A program made the position numbers and the translations under genes. This document shows, piece after piece, positions 25,400 through 37,777 of a DNA stretch of 64,000 nucleotides. The notes under the pieces were generated by a model that saw only the letters and a list, made by a program, of their open reading frames with translations, was not told where the DNA came from and did not search any database. Every line of letters begins with the position of its first letter. Positions within the stretch are counted from its first letter, which is position 1. This DNA comes from Squalus acanthias (lineage: Eukaryota), in NCBI GenBank assembly GCA_030390025.1, contig CM059432.1, positions 114,578,001-114,642,000 of the forward strand. The letters run 5' to 3'.

Positions 25400-27154
25400 T
25401 CAAAGGAAATTTTGCTGACCTCAGCGGGCGACGTCGGTGGCGGGTCCCGACCCTGCTGCTGGCTCCAGTCCGCTTTCCGAAATGAATTTCCCTTGATTGG
25501 GCTTGTTAAGCCCACCCAGCGCGTTTCTCAGCCAATTAGAGGAAGCGGGTCTGGTGACGACATTTGATGACGCGCCATCAGCCATTTTCCTTAAAGGGAC
25601 CATGTCCAAATTTATTTTGACATTTGTGCTGTCAGTGTTCTACAGCATTGAAGTGCTGCAAATACTGACAATGACTGCACAAAGGCACAGGGCTGCACCC
25701 AGGCTCTCCCATGCTTATGGAGGGAGTCACAACACACAGGGAGGTCCTCTTCCCTTTCCATGGACGGAAGCGACCTCCCCAGGAGATCAACACAGCCTGG
25801 TTACACATTGCAGAGGAGGACACAAGCAGGGATGTGATCAGGAGGACCTGGGTACAGTGCCGCAAACGTTTCAATGATCTCAGTAGATCACGAAACGTTA
25901 CTGCAAAGCCACACTCAACCTCACCCTGCTGTGCCTCTCATCACATCCCCATCACTCTGCCTTCCCTACTCTACTCCTGCACATCCTTACTCACACCGGC
26001 TTACCTTGCACCCCCACCCATCCCTCTCTCTCACTATCTATATGATTACATCCCCCATCTCACTAGCCACCCCTCACATTCACCCTCATCCTAGTGCAAT
26101 CGTACCAACTAACAACACACAAGGGTAGGCACTTGGGTGTTTTATGCAATGTCCATGTAAAGTTTCTGTTAATGTGGTGTCAAACATTGAAACCTTTATT
26201 TTCAACACTTTGCATTCTTGGATAGATTTGTGTGCACCTTTGGAAGTGGCTTAGTGAGTTGCAGTGAATGGTGAGTCATAATGGTACCCCCCGCAATGGT
26301 GATGAGTGTGAAAGAAATGGCTTGGGCATTGTAGGGAAGCTTTATGGTGTTGGTGTGGGGTGGTGCCAACCTGGTGCATCATGTGGCAGCCAGGGTGTAC
26401 AGCGTCAAGTGAAGTAAATCTGGCCATGGTGAGGCCATCCCTGGCCTCCCGGGCAGCAATGTGCTCGGGTGCTGATGCCCTCTGTCCTGTGCAGCATCAG
26501 TTGATTGCGAAGAAGGTTGAAGTTGTTGTTGGTGCTGCTAGTGTGCCTGGTGCTGCTGGTGTTGGGGCTGATCGTGGTGGGATTCTGAGGACCAAGCTAA
26601 GAGAGTATAAAGAGCACCTATGCTGATGGAATAGATGGCAGGTGAAGTAGAGATGACAGAAGTGATCTGTCAATGGTGAGAGAGGTAATGAAGTCAGACT
26701 GGATGGAGACTTGTGTAATGACTTGCAGCATGGTGGATCTGTTGCGGAAATGCAGTGAGGAAGAGCTTGTGGCTAAGGGAAGATATCTCTAAGGTGGGAG
26801 CTTTTACTTTTACATTTGAAGCTGTCAACTCATCAGCTGATTCAATGGCCACTGACTTCCCACCTCAGCTTCACAGACGTGGTCTAGCAACAGCGTGAAA
26901 CCTGTGGGCGAGCTGTCAAACTCAAAAGGTCAGTTTAAAACCATGTTAAGTGGCTGTAAACAAGCCACTAATCATTTAAATTGGCTCCCCCGCTGCTGTG
27001 TGTCGGGTCTGCTCAGCACTGACAGACTCGACATTTGGTAAAGGCGTGTGGTGGCGGGTTCACAGCGGGGTCCCAACCCGCTGGGGAAAAAAAAACACTT
27101 TCCCACCCGACCTGCCACCGATCGCCACCGTTGACCCCCCGGAAAATCTCGGCC
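25400..27154. mobile_element. Internally deleted PIF/Harbinger derivative (Myb/SANT exon 1 on +, fused transposase N- and C-termini on -)
   Basis: + 25670-25895 reads ...RAAPRLS...REVLFP...AWLHIAEE...RRTWVQCRKRFNDL. - 26621-26410 reads (M)GALYTLL..Q-rich..//EHIAAREARDGLTMARF. Right end GGAAAATCTCGGCC; the left end is not resolved. Confidence 0.75.
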
Positions 27155-27379
27155 ATAGTTAACGTTACAATTTCTTTTGTGGATTTTTCTGTATTTGTTA
27201 TTATGTCAAAAATGTTACTTTTAGTCATAATAATGAGATGGGGAACTCTCATAATGGGTGTGCCTAGTAGATTTCTTTTCCTCAAGTGCAATTGCATAGA
27301 ATTTTTCTTGGTAGAATGTGATTGCGGAAAAAATTGAAAACAGAATGAATGGTTTCAAATAACATGATTGATGAATAAT

Positions 27380-28143
27380 GGGCCAGAAATTCGGCTTTCC
27401 AGCTTCCTGCGGGTACAAGCATCGCGCGCGTACTTGCCTACCGCGCCTGCAGTTGTGCTTTGGGCCCACGAGGACTTCGGGTCCTGGGCCTCTTCCAGCT
27501 GCCGGCGGGCAGTGCTTGTGTATTCCAGGGGCGCAGTTAGTTCGAAGCGTCCCCTGGGATCACGTGGGCCATGGAGAGCCAATCCTAGCAGGGCATTTTC
27601 ATTCATAGATTTGACAGGAAGACCTGTCAAATCTATGAATAGAGATTGGCCCCAAAACCACACTTAAACTTCAAATAATTTTTTTTTTTAAATCACATTT
27701 TTAAAATAACTATAAGTTACATAAATTAACTACTTTAAACAAAAATTTTAATTTTTGAAAAAATTAATTATACTTTTTAACGGTGCTAAAAATAAACTTA
27801 CCTTTCTTTAAAGTATCTAAAAAAGATAAACCTGTTGAAAAAATGTTTAAATTGTAATTAATTAACCACTTACCTTGTTAAAAACAGGCCTTGCGCCTCC
27901 TTTTTAAAAGTGCAGCTTCTTCATACTTACCCTCCCGGAGAAACCTGAAAAAAAACCTGAAGTTCGCTGCGTACACGCAGCCTCTCCTGCGCACGCATTA
28001 GACTTCTGAACCCCTCCCTTCAGGGGAACGGAAGTTCCGGTTTCCCGCGCATGCGCAGTGCATGCAGGAAACCGGCACTTCAGGTGGCCTTATGGGTGAG
28101 TACACAGCGCGTACTCACCCGACAACAGCCGAATTTCTGGGCC
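27380..28143. mobile_element. Harbinger-type MITE, family A (second copy)
   Basis: TIRs GGGCCAGAAATTCGGCT / AGCCGAATTTCTGGGCC (16/17), with flanks AAT/ACT as a possible 3-bp TSD. Internal similarity to 20084-20814. Confidence 0.8.
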
Positions 28144-28994
28144 ACTGAAAATATGACAAAAATTGAAATAGCCAAACAGAAAGGAAAAAGAAACACAAAA
28201 ATCTAGGCTGCCTGTCGTGTTAATGTCCGAAAGCTTAACATGCTCACGCCAGATAACCCCTCTCAGCTGCTTCATCGTAAATGTTAGTTCATTTAAAATA
28301 AACATATTCATGCCTTTGTTAAATTACTGCAGAGAGAAAGTTGATCTGAGTGGGTTAATCTATTTCACAATAACATCGCCAACAGTAATTTTCAGGCTAG
28401 AGAATTAGGCAGTCAATGCAGACTGTGACTTAGAAATTCGATAAGTCGAAAAACGGGTGGGGCCACAGCAGGCCAAGGTTAACGGCCGCCTGTAAAAAGA
28501 GCGCCGGCAGCACCGGTATTTTGGTGCTGTCTGCTGATTTAAATGAGCGCAGCGCAGAAGCACCTGTGCAGCGCGCTCTTTCTGGCGGTAAAATCAGCAG
28601 GAGGCCGAAGATTGTGTCTAAAGGATCGGTGCCACGTTCTCGGGCAGTCACCTTATTAACAGTACATGTCCAAGTGAAAGACTGGGGCATAGATGTCCTT
28701 AAACCGTTGCATGACAAATCCTGAGATTATGCCCAAAATATAAACTGAACGCAGAAAATTTAATGGACTGAGTGCAATATAAAGGAAGTAGTGCCATTAT
28801 ATGGAAGAGAGATGTTGCTATAGTGGCAAGGATGCAAGAGATGCCAGTGAGTACTGGCCACTTGCTAAATTTGTTACAATAGGGCAATGATCACAAGATA
28901 TGTACTATGGGAATTCCAAACTGTTCTTCCGAACTTATTTTAGGATTATGGTTGTATAGGAACTTTATATTATATAGGCACCTACGTATATATT

Positions 28995-29797
28995 TTCAGG
29001 TTTTCCGCAGGCCCTTCTGACTTTAATGGCAGGACCTGATTGGCATGCGAGGCGTCAGATTCCCGCCTGCAGCCAGCCAGATTGAAAGGCTGGCTGGCTG
29101 CGGGCGGGTGGGCCTGTGGTACCAGGCCTCACAGAGGATGGAGGGAGGGATTGCGGGGGGTCCTGGAAGCAGCCACAGAAGCGGCGGGGGGGGGGGGGGG
29201 GGGGGGTCCGAGGACAATCACGGGACGGGAAGTGACCACAGAAGCACGGGGGGGGGGGGCTCTCACCAAGATCGCAGGCTGGGAGGAGCTGAGGGGGATC
29301 TTCATTAGATCGGGGGCCGGGAGCAGCACGAGGAAGGCCAGAGGAGCAGAGGGGGTGGCCTCAGAAGCCTGTGGGGGTCGGGCCTCGGGGGTGATCGGAG
29401 GCCTCGTGAGGGGGCGTCCGATCACAGGGGGTGGGTGAGGCAGGGATCCTGGATCCAGGAGGTAGGTATAAAGGCACTTACCTCCTGGATCGAGCAGTTC
29501 CCACTTTGCTGTAACTGCTGGGTTTTACGAATTGTGTAAAACTCGTCCACATGCAGTTAAAAACAAAATGGGAGGTTAAAAAAGAACCTTCCAGCCTCAT
29601 TATAATATTTAAATTGACATTCTGCCTCCTGGGAGCGGGTTGGCTGTCCGCCCCCGTCCCACTCCCCCCTTCCCACCTCTGTTAAAACTGGAAGTGGGCG
29701 GGTTGGAGGCTGGCTCAGCTTGGGAATCCCATTTTTAACAATTTAAATACCTCCACACCCGCCAACCAACCCTTTTGTTAGGTTAATATTCCCCCCA
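28995..29797. mobile_element. GC-rich MITE, family B (left end eroded)
   Basis: Shares gcagccagccagattga..ctggctggctg and the hairpin GGATCCAGGAGGTAGGT..ACTTACCTCCTGGATC with 60042-61337. Ends aatattcccccc. Confidence 0.7.
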
Positions 29798-30290
29798 TAG
29801 TAACTCTGTTGGTGTTTGAATTGATATAACCATCCCCCAACCCTGGCCCCCCAGCCACACCGCCCCAAAATCCAGGTGCCTGTACCTGTGGTGTCTGGAA
29901 GAATACCAGAGACGTTGATCAGAATTTCAAACGAAGAATATTGCTTTTCTGATTCATTTGCCCCATTTATCCACTGAACTTGCTACCTTTAAAAGTAGTT
30001 ATCACGAACAGCACGTGTGTGCTTGCAGAATGTTACTGTTAAAGTATCAGTCAATTTTAACACAAATCCTCATCTCATGCAGCCTCTTTCAGCCCAAAGG
30101 GTGGGAATTTTACATGACTTCTGCTGATGCAATTCCATAAATGGCAGAGCGTGAATACGTTTGGAGGGGGTGGTGCGGGTTAGAAGTAAATAAGTTTCAA
30201 TGCTTCACTCACTGTAACTCTCTTGTTAGAGTGAAGTATTCTTAAACACAAGAGATCCACAGATCTGTGTATTTTTCCACAACCTACTAC

Positions 30291-30428
30291 CTATTATTCA
30301 GTGATGTGAAGACTCTGTTGAGCCCATTATCTGAAAAGGATTTGCTGCACATTTTTACATTTCTTATTGAGAACCTTCTCTCCCGGTTATCTTCCAAACT
30401 TCTTCTGTTGAAACCCTTCTTGTAACAC
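30291..30428 (-). CDS. RIMS2: Candidate RIMS2 cassette exon (138 nt, phase 2-2)
   Basis: aattgtag|G TGT TAC AAG...AAT AAT AG|gtagta. Open reading CYKKGFNRRSLEDNRERRFSIRNVKMCSKSFSDNGLNRVFTSLNN. Splice sites are only moderate. Confidence 0.4.
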
Positions 30429-30580
30429 CTACAATTTGATTAACAATCATGGTTATGGCAGATTAATCACTCCAAAAGCTACTTCCTCCCCCCACCCCGG
30501 AATGTAGAAATTGACAGAAAGCTGTGCCAAACTACTTCTGTAATTATGGGCCTAGGCCACGACTGTATTTTAAACATAAT

Positions 30581-31021
30581 GGGGTAGAAATTAGTCCTCA
30601 TTGCGCTGGAGAAGCCTGAAAAACGTCCAACCCAAAATAGAGTCGGGCTATTTTTCAGGTGTCCGGGGCGGCCGCCTCAACGGGTGTTAGACTCCTTGCA
30701 TATGATAATAAGGGGTCTAACACCTGCTTAAGGACCCTTACCAGAAACTGGGCTGCCCTGAGCAGAGGAGCACTCGGGACGTGAATGTAGCCTAGCTAGT
30801 GACTGCCACCGAAAAGATAAGTGATCGGCTCCCCTCCTGCTGTACTCCTCCCATCCCGCCCCCCCCCCCCCCCACCACCCCGCCAACCCCGGGACTTAGC
30901 AGGTGGCCTGAAATTGCATGCTACTGTCGGGCCAGCTGTCTGTGGAGGCACGACTGATATTTAGATGAGGCCCGAGCACCAACTTAGTGTTTTAAAAATG
31001 GTCTAAAGGAATTTCTAGGCC
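30581..31021. mobile_element. Harbinger-type MITE
   Basis: TIRs GGGGTAGAAATT / AATTTCTAGGCC, flanks AAT/CAT. Confidence 0.6.
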
Positions 31022-31687
31022 CATGTCTCTGTTGCACATCAGTCTTAAAATACAAATAAATTGGGGCCATTTTTTATTTGTACAACCACTGTGGCTTAAT
31101 TTTATTACTAAAGTTAGCCAGACTCTGCAACTGAATCCAAAGCAATAACTGAGAGATAACCATTCACTAAGGCCTGCATTGATGAGATCTAGGCATAGAA
31201 AGGTAGATCTTCCTATTGGGCACCATGGCAGAGTAAATTGGTCTGATTTCCTGGGGTGCGGGTATTTACAATGAATTTGGCAGGCTCCTAGCATTGTCTG
31301 CACTGCTCACCTTGTATGGGCTGGAGGGAAATGGCTGCAGAACCTGCCACAGTGAAACCAGATTGTGGCATTGGCAGATACTTGAAAAGTGAAAAGTCCT
31401 TTCAAATCTCCTGCTTTGTCTAGTCTGATTTATTTTATGGGGTGAAGCAGCCCTTTCATTATTAAATCTTGGCCCTCAGAGTGCTGCTCTAAAGAGGCTT
31501 ACATCACTGACATTATATGGCAAATGAATGCACACTCCTAGCAGGAGCACATACTGGGAAATCAAAGATTCGCTCCCCATAATTTCTGGATACGTATAAT
31601 CAGACCTCAAGAGAAATGTCAGCTTCACACTTTGTCTAAAGAAATATGAATATACTAGATTTCATTATGGGGGCTTATAAATATATA

Positions 31688-33156
31688 GGGCTAGAAATTC
31701 ATTATAGCCCAGCAATGGGCGGTAAAATTAGAAAGGGTAGAGAATTAGCGCCAGGCGCTACTGCTTCAGACAGCACGCAAAATATATTCTCACTGTTCAA
31801 AGAAATGATTGGGGCGCTAAAACAAGTCTTAAAAGACCTAGCTCAGTGGCATTACACTCAAAGGGTGGACCAATATCGGGTGCAGTCTAATCTCATCATT
31901 GCCACAGGCTTTTCCCAGTACTTAAAGGGGAGGTTCATTGATACTGCAGCACCTCATTCGCAACATTGCCGGCTGTGCAGCTGCCTCAGCAAGGAGAAGG
32001 AGCCAGAGGAGTGAAGCAGGTGTGCTCATGGCAGATCCACCTCAGTTGGGTGGTCAGCATGATTGAATGCTTCAACAAATGCTACATACCACCATCTGTA
32101 CCACAAGCTTCACACTCTGCCCAAAGCACCACACCCCCAGCGCTCACTCACCAACAATCTCTACCTACCAGCACTCACGCCCACATCTCACACCTTGCAC
32201 ACAATGACAGCTATTCAACTATGGCAGGCACAAGGGTCATTAGTTATTAGAATAAATGTGATATGTGTGGTATGTTTATGCATAAATGGAGTTTGCAATA
32301 TTTTGTGGTCTCTCCCATTTTACCTTTGCGCCCAAGAGAATGCTGTGATATGGTATGACACAGGGATGGTATGATGGGCATGTGGTGAGCAAAAGGGATC
32401 TGGGGTTTAAGTCATCTGGTGTGAGGTTGGAGGTCTGTTTGGAGGAGGTGGCAGAGTTCTGTGACCACCACCTTGGTGATGCGGAGCTGTCTAATACACT
32501 GCTCCTCACTTAACTGAAGGTAGGAGAAGTGCTGTCGGATAAGGGTAAGGCCTCCTGGTGAGAGCCCTAATGTCCCTCCTCATCCCTCTGTGTACATGTT
32601 CCCGTATTTCCGGCTGCCTACGCTCCCTCTGCCGTAGATTCTGGAGGGCGAGGTGACATGCCAGTACAGACCCATTAATGTTGCCAAGTGTAGCAGTTTG
32701 AATCTTTGAACAATAAATGTAGCCACTTTGCACTTGCCAGAAGACTGCTGATAAAAAAGCTTGAAATTACTCATACAAACTCATCCACTGGGTGAAACTG
32801 ACAAGAAACTACTGAAACTAATCTGCCCTAAAGCTGTGCTTGATTAATACTGATGCCATTAAATAACGTCGCTGGAGCCCGCTTCCTGCAGCTGTGCGCC
32901 TGCTCTCCCTGTCGCTGTCTGGTCGAGGCGCAAAGGTGAGTGACAAGAATGAATTTTCCAGATCGAGCGCTCACTGACGTCATGATCTGCCTGGCGTTGA
33001 AGTCCCCGGCGATACCTCGTACCGGCGGCACAACGGGGGGAGCCGGATTTGCCGTGCAGCGCTGGATTCGCCTCACCCCAACGCTACTGCATCAGCGGCC
33101 CGCTACCGCCCTCTGCATGCGATAACAGGAGGTGCTAACCTACCAAATTTCCCCCC
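31688..33156. mobile_element. Internally deleted Harbinger derivative retaining the transposase N-terminus
   Basis: ATA|GGGCTAGAAATT ... AATTTCCCCCC|ATA. Minus strand ~32680-32420 reads RALTRRPYP//RQHFSYLQLSEEQCIRQLRITKVVVTELCHLLQTDLQPH, very close to the transposase at 36615-37777. Confidence 0.8.
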
Positions 33157-34490
33157 ATATATTTTTTAAATAACTTTTTTTAAAGATAAATATGTGGGAA
33201 GTACTTATAAAATCTATTTAATCTGAAAATTATTTTCTCCGTTAAACAAAATTATTCCTGCATCTGTTATATAAACAGAATGCCCACTGCGTGCCCTCCT
33301 TATTCCATGAGTGAGAAACATATTTATAATTCACATTAAGTTATTAGATCTTCTCACTTGTAGAGGAAACTTCTTTGCCAGTTTACAACTGGTTAGATGC
33401 CTCAATGGTTTCTTCTGGTCCTGTAAATTCCTGTTCCTAAATTGGGTATTGCACATTCTCCATTTTTAATCCTCTGTAGCTCTTCCACTTAGGCTTATTT
33501 TTTGCAGAATTCAGAAAGGAAATTCCATGAAGGAAAGTATAATTGCGTCAATGGTTCCACACCCCACTATTCTTCACGGGGGTTAGCAGTGTCGTGAAGC
33601 AGAAAATTGAATAAGCATTTCCTCAAATGAGGATAATTGAAGAGTAATCAAGTCGTTGGAGAGTTGTAGTCAGTCTCAAAAGTGGAGATATTTATTAGAT
33701 CCACTGATGATCACACACAGGGCAGTCATCTTTAGCCAAGCCCAAAACCAGACAGGATTGGGCTTGGGATAAAGGGTGGGCTTATGGGATTGATGTGTTT
33801 TTATTGGCTTCTTTACCTGTTATGCACTGTAGCATCCCAGTCAAACCACTGGCTGAATGCAACCATCAACGGTAATGATAAATAGGGAATAGAAGTTTTG
33901 GGGTTCTGTCAGTGAAGTAAGAGGTAAAGGGGACTAGTGTGAAATTGTTAAATTGAAAGAAAAAATCAGCCAGCTATTATTTTTGAAAATAACAACTAAG
34001 CATAAGTGCACTTAGACACAAACCTTGTTCATTCTGTACCTCTTAAAGAATACATACTGTGCCAGTTTGAAGGGGCCTTAATGTCAGTGAGAGGGAGTGA
34101 GTTGGAAAAGGTTTGAATGCAAGGCAGTTGCTCATAGAGTCATAGGGGGAGAAATTCGGTATTGCCCCGTTTGGGGCGCTATTATCGGCTGGGCGCAAAG
34201 TTTAGCGCCCGGCGCTAATTATCGCCTCCGACTGCAAAATTGGCCTCGATCGCCCCTGGAGGTGATTTGAGCGCTAAATCAGGCGCTACACACCTCTCTT
34301 AAGGCGCTAACGTCAAGGAGCAAGGCACTACCTCAGAGCGCTACCGAAGCTCAGGTGATGTCAGTTAGCAATAGAACACAGACAGACTGGTGCCGGCCAG
34401 TTCTTAAAGGGGATGGTCGATGTTGCTGGCCAGCCACACCCTGTTCATTGCAGCCTTGAATCTCGGCCTAGAGAGACCTCTAAAGCAATT

Positions 34491-36301
34491 GTGCTGGAAC
34501 CACTACTGGATAGGCCCAGGGAAAGAGCTCAGCGCTTCAGCGACCAGGCGCTGTGGAGCGGCGATGAGCACTGCTCTACCCACAGAGTGGCAGGAGGCCA
34601 TTGCCCCGTGAATACAGAAGAGTCTGGAGGGAGGTGGCTCAGCACGTCTCCTCGAGGAGCCTGGTGCCGAGGACCACACCCAATGTCGTAGGAAGTTCAA
34701 CAACCTCACTCGGGTGGTCAGGGTGAGTGGCTGCTTTTCAATACCTTTACATCCCTCCAGCTTAACTTCACTCTGTGCCCAGAGGGTTTAAAAACCCCAA
34801 ATTCCCAACACTCATCCAAGACCTATGGCCATCTCATAAAACACACACGCACATTCCACACCTTGCATACATTAAGGGCTATTCAACGATGGGAGACACA
34901 TCAGGCAAGCACATGGCTGCATACATTAAGGGCTATTCAACTATGGGAGGCACATCGGGCAAGCACATGGCTGCATATTCACTCAGACGCTGTCCTTTGT
35001 CTTGCAGGCCAAGCTCTCTCATAACAGGCGGGAGCAGCAATGCACGGGAGGAGGACCGGCTGACCTACACACCCTCGCCGATTTGGAGGCGCGCATGCAC
35101 AGGATCGTTGCCAGCCACGTCATAGGTGCGTGGCCGCTGGGGAGGTCGACCCCCTTGGGGACAGCAATGGTAAGTTCATCAGCTTTCTCTCCTCTCTCAT
35201 TCCACTTGCCCCTCACAACACCAGCCTTTTACACTTTCAATCCAACTTACTAAATGTCTCCAGTCCTTGCTCCCTTACTGCCCCATGTCCTGACGCTAAA
35301 GCCACTCTTGTACCTCCCTGCTTTCAGATAGTGAACCACCAGCTGACCAGCCTGTCCCTCAAACTACCAGTGGCAGCAATGCCCCAGGCGAGGAGGAAGA
35401 GGAAGCCGGAGCCTCACCGCCTGCGTCTCCCGAGGGAGCCCATTCCGACACTGGGACCACGCCTTCCCTGGAGGGGAGCAGGGGGTAGGGTCTGATGAGA
35501 GCGAAGCTCCTGGACCCAGCGGGCTGCAGCAACGCCATGGGGGTAGGGCCAGCTCCCCGGAGGGTGAGTAGGCAAGCGAGTTCTGCTGCACAGGACTCAG
35601 ATGAGGACCGTGCCATCGCGGCCATGAATAGCCAGGCTTTGAGCATGCACACTGAGCTCATGGGTGCAATGGCAAGGGTGCCCGAAAGCATGGATGGACT
35701 GGCTAGGAGTGTGGAGCAGTCCATTGCAACACAGGCCAACGCACCACAACGGCTTAGTGCTGCAATTCAGTCATTGGCTGGTGCCATCCAGTCTCAGACT
35801 GCTCTCATGCAGTCTCAGATTGACGTCACGCAAGCACTGACCGCTGCCATCCTCGCTGGGTCGGCCACATTGCCCCGGGGCTCTCATGGTGCCGCAGCTG
35901 GCCAGCAATCCGTGCTCGAGCAAATTGCTCCGGATGCTGAGGTACTGCCCCGTGGGAGTGCCAGTGTGTCGGTCGAGCAGGAAGGTGCTGTCCTCTCTCA
36001 GGATGACAGCATTCCTACTCCCACCACTGTCACTTACCCATTGCACTTGCCACGGCCTGCAACACAGCCAGCCCAGAATGCTGCCGCCCATGCAGAGTTG
36101 GTGCAGTCTGCAGCCGGGCCCTCCAGGCCCAGAGCTGGTCAAGGGTGTCCCTCAAGGGCATCTGCAGTCTCTGGATCTGACATTCAGCAGCCTTCCACCA
36201 GCCTTGTTGCAACCACTGGGGCCCCATTATGGAGGAGCAGTAGGATGCGAAGGGGGGAAGTGCGCAGGGGATGGAGATCACCCTCGAAGGACAAACAGTA
36301 G
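34491..36301 (+). pseudogene. Harbinger Myb/SANT-like DNA-binding protein (NAIF1-like), three exons, disrupted
   Basis: Exon 1 to 34722 (RERAQRFSDQAL//ERR*ALLYP...WREVAQHVSSRSLVPRT//QCRRKFNNLTRVVR|gtgagt). Exon 2 35008-35169 (ttgcag|AKLSHNRREQQCTGGGP...|gtaagt). Exon 3 from 35328 (tttcag|) runs into ORF 35495-36301. AATAAA at ~36452 and ~36479. Start position approximate. Confidence 0.8.
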
Positions 36302-36614
36302 GAGGCCTAAATAAATGGTGGGAATGTTTGTGGTAAAGGTCGAGGTTCGTGTGATTACATTTGTTTACTGTTTTGCTGTTTATCTCCATCTTGTGAGAAC
36401 GGGTTCTGTTAGTTCATGATTTGTTGTGTTGGTTTCTAATTGTTTGTCCTGAATAAATGACACACACAGAGTTTGTTGAATAAAAAAGTTTTTGTATTCA
36501 AAATTTACACTTTTGGTCTTTGGAATCATTCCAGCTTTGGCCGGCAATAGGGGGTTGCGGGTTGCTTTCCATGATGTTGTTCTCCATGCCAGAAGCCATC
36601 TTCTGAGTAGGAGC

Positions 36615-37777
36615 CTAGAAGCGGCTTCTTATCAGCCGTTCACGGACGGCCCTTGCACTGGCAACATTGGGGCCTCCCTCCCACGTTGGTGCTGCTGCTG
36701 ATCATCCTCCTCCTCCTCCTCTTCCTCCTCCTCCTCCTCCTTCTCAGGTGGTGCACCAATCCCTGGTGGCATTGGCTGGGTCCTCAGGTTTGCGAGGTTG
36801 TGAAGCATGCAGCACACAACTATGAACAGGGAGACTCACTCAGGAGAGTACTGCAGGGCTCCTCCTGAGTGGTCCAGACAGCGGAACCGTTGCTTCAGCA
36901 TGCCGATCGTCTGCTCAATTATGTTCCTGCTGGCGATATGGCTCTCATTATACCACAGCTCGGCAGGGGTGTTGGGGTTACGGAGAGGTGTCATCAGCCA
37001 GGTGCAGAGTGGATAACCCTTGTCCCCGAGGAACCATCCACTTGGGTGATGCGGTGCCTGGAAAAGGTCTGGCACACCAGTCTGGCACAGGATGAAAGCA
37101 TCGTGGCTGCTGCCAGGATAGCAGGCATTGACGGCGAGTATGAGCTGTGTGTGGTCACAGACCAACTGCACATTTAAGGAGTGGTAGCCCTTGCGGTTTC
37201 GGAATACCTCTGTATTTTCATGCGGTGCCTGCAATGCCACATGCGTGCAGTCAATGGCGCCCTGCACCATGGAGAAGCCCGCTATCCTAGCAAAGCCACA
37301 TGCGCGTTCATGCTGTTTGGCCCGGGTCATGGGGAAAGAGATGTACTGGCGTCTCCTTTTATACAGGACATTTGACACCTCCCGGATACAACAATGAAGA
37401 GTGAACTGGGAGATATTGGTGATGTCCCCAGTAGAAGCTTGAAAGGAGCCGCTGGCATAAAAATTCAGAGCCACTGTCACCTTCACTGCCACCGACAGAG
37501 TTGTCCTGGTCCTGAGTTGAGGCTGCAGATCTGGTTGCAGCAGGTGGCAGAGCTCAGTGACCACCTCCTTGCTGAAGCGCAGCCTGCACAAACACTGCTC
37601 CTCAGACAAATGAAGGTATGAGAACTGCTCCCTGAATACCCTCGGAGGGTAAGGTCTCCTGTGCAGAGGCCTGTTGGCCCTCCTCCCTCTGGCCATGTTT
37701 GCCACTCTCTCTCTGCACCTCTGCTGCCTCTGACTCTGCAGATGCAAGACGACGCCCCGATTCAGTGCAGCCCCCAT
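36615..37777 (-). pseudogene. Harbinger transposase (HARBI1-like DDE nuclease) with one nonsense codon and a C-terminal frameshift
   Basis: MGAALNRG...LNFYASGSFQ...GAIDCTHV...NRKGYHSLNVQLVCD...YPGSSHDA...LGDKGYP...RNIIEQTIGMLKQRFRCL...YSPE*VSLFIVVCCMLHN. The stop is TGA at 36836-38. An acidic tract follows, then ARAVRERLIRSRF* in another frame, ending at 36615. Confidence 0.93.

Noticed and set aside
33358..33420. 63-nt AG...GT segment on the minus strand
   Set aside because: In the required phase 2 it hits TGA after five codons, and the acceptor tract is weak.
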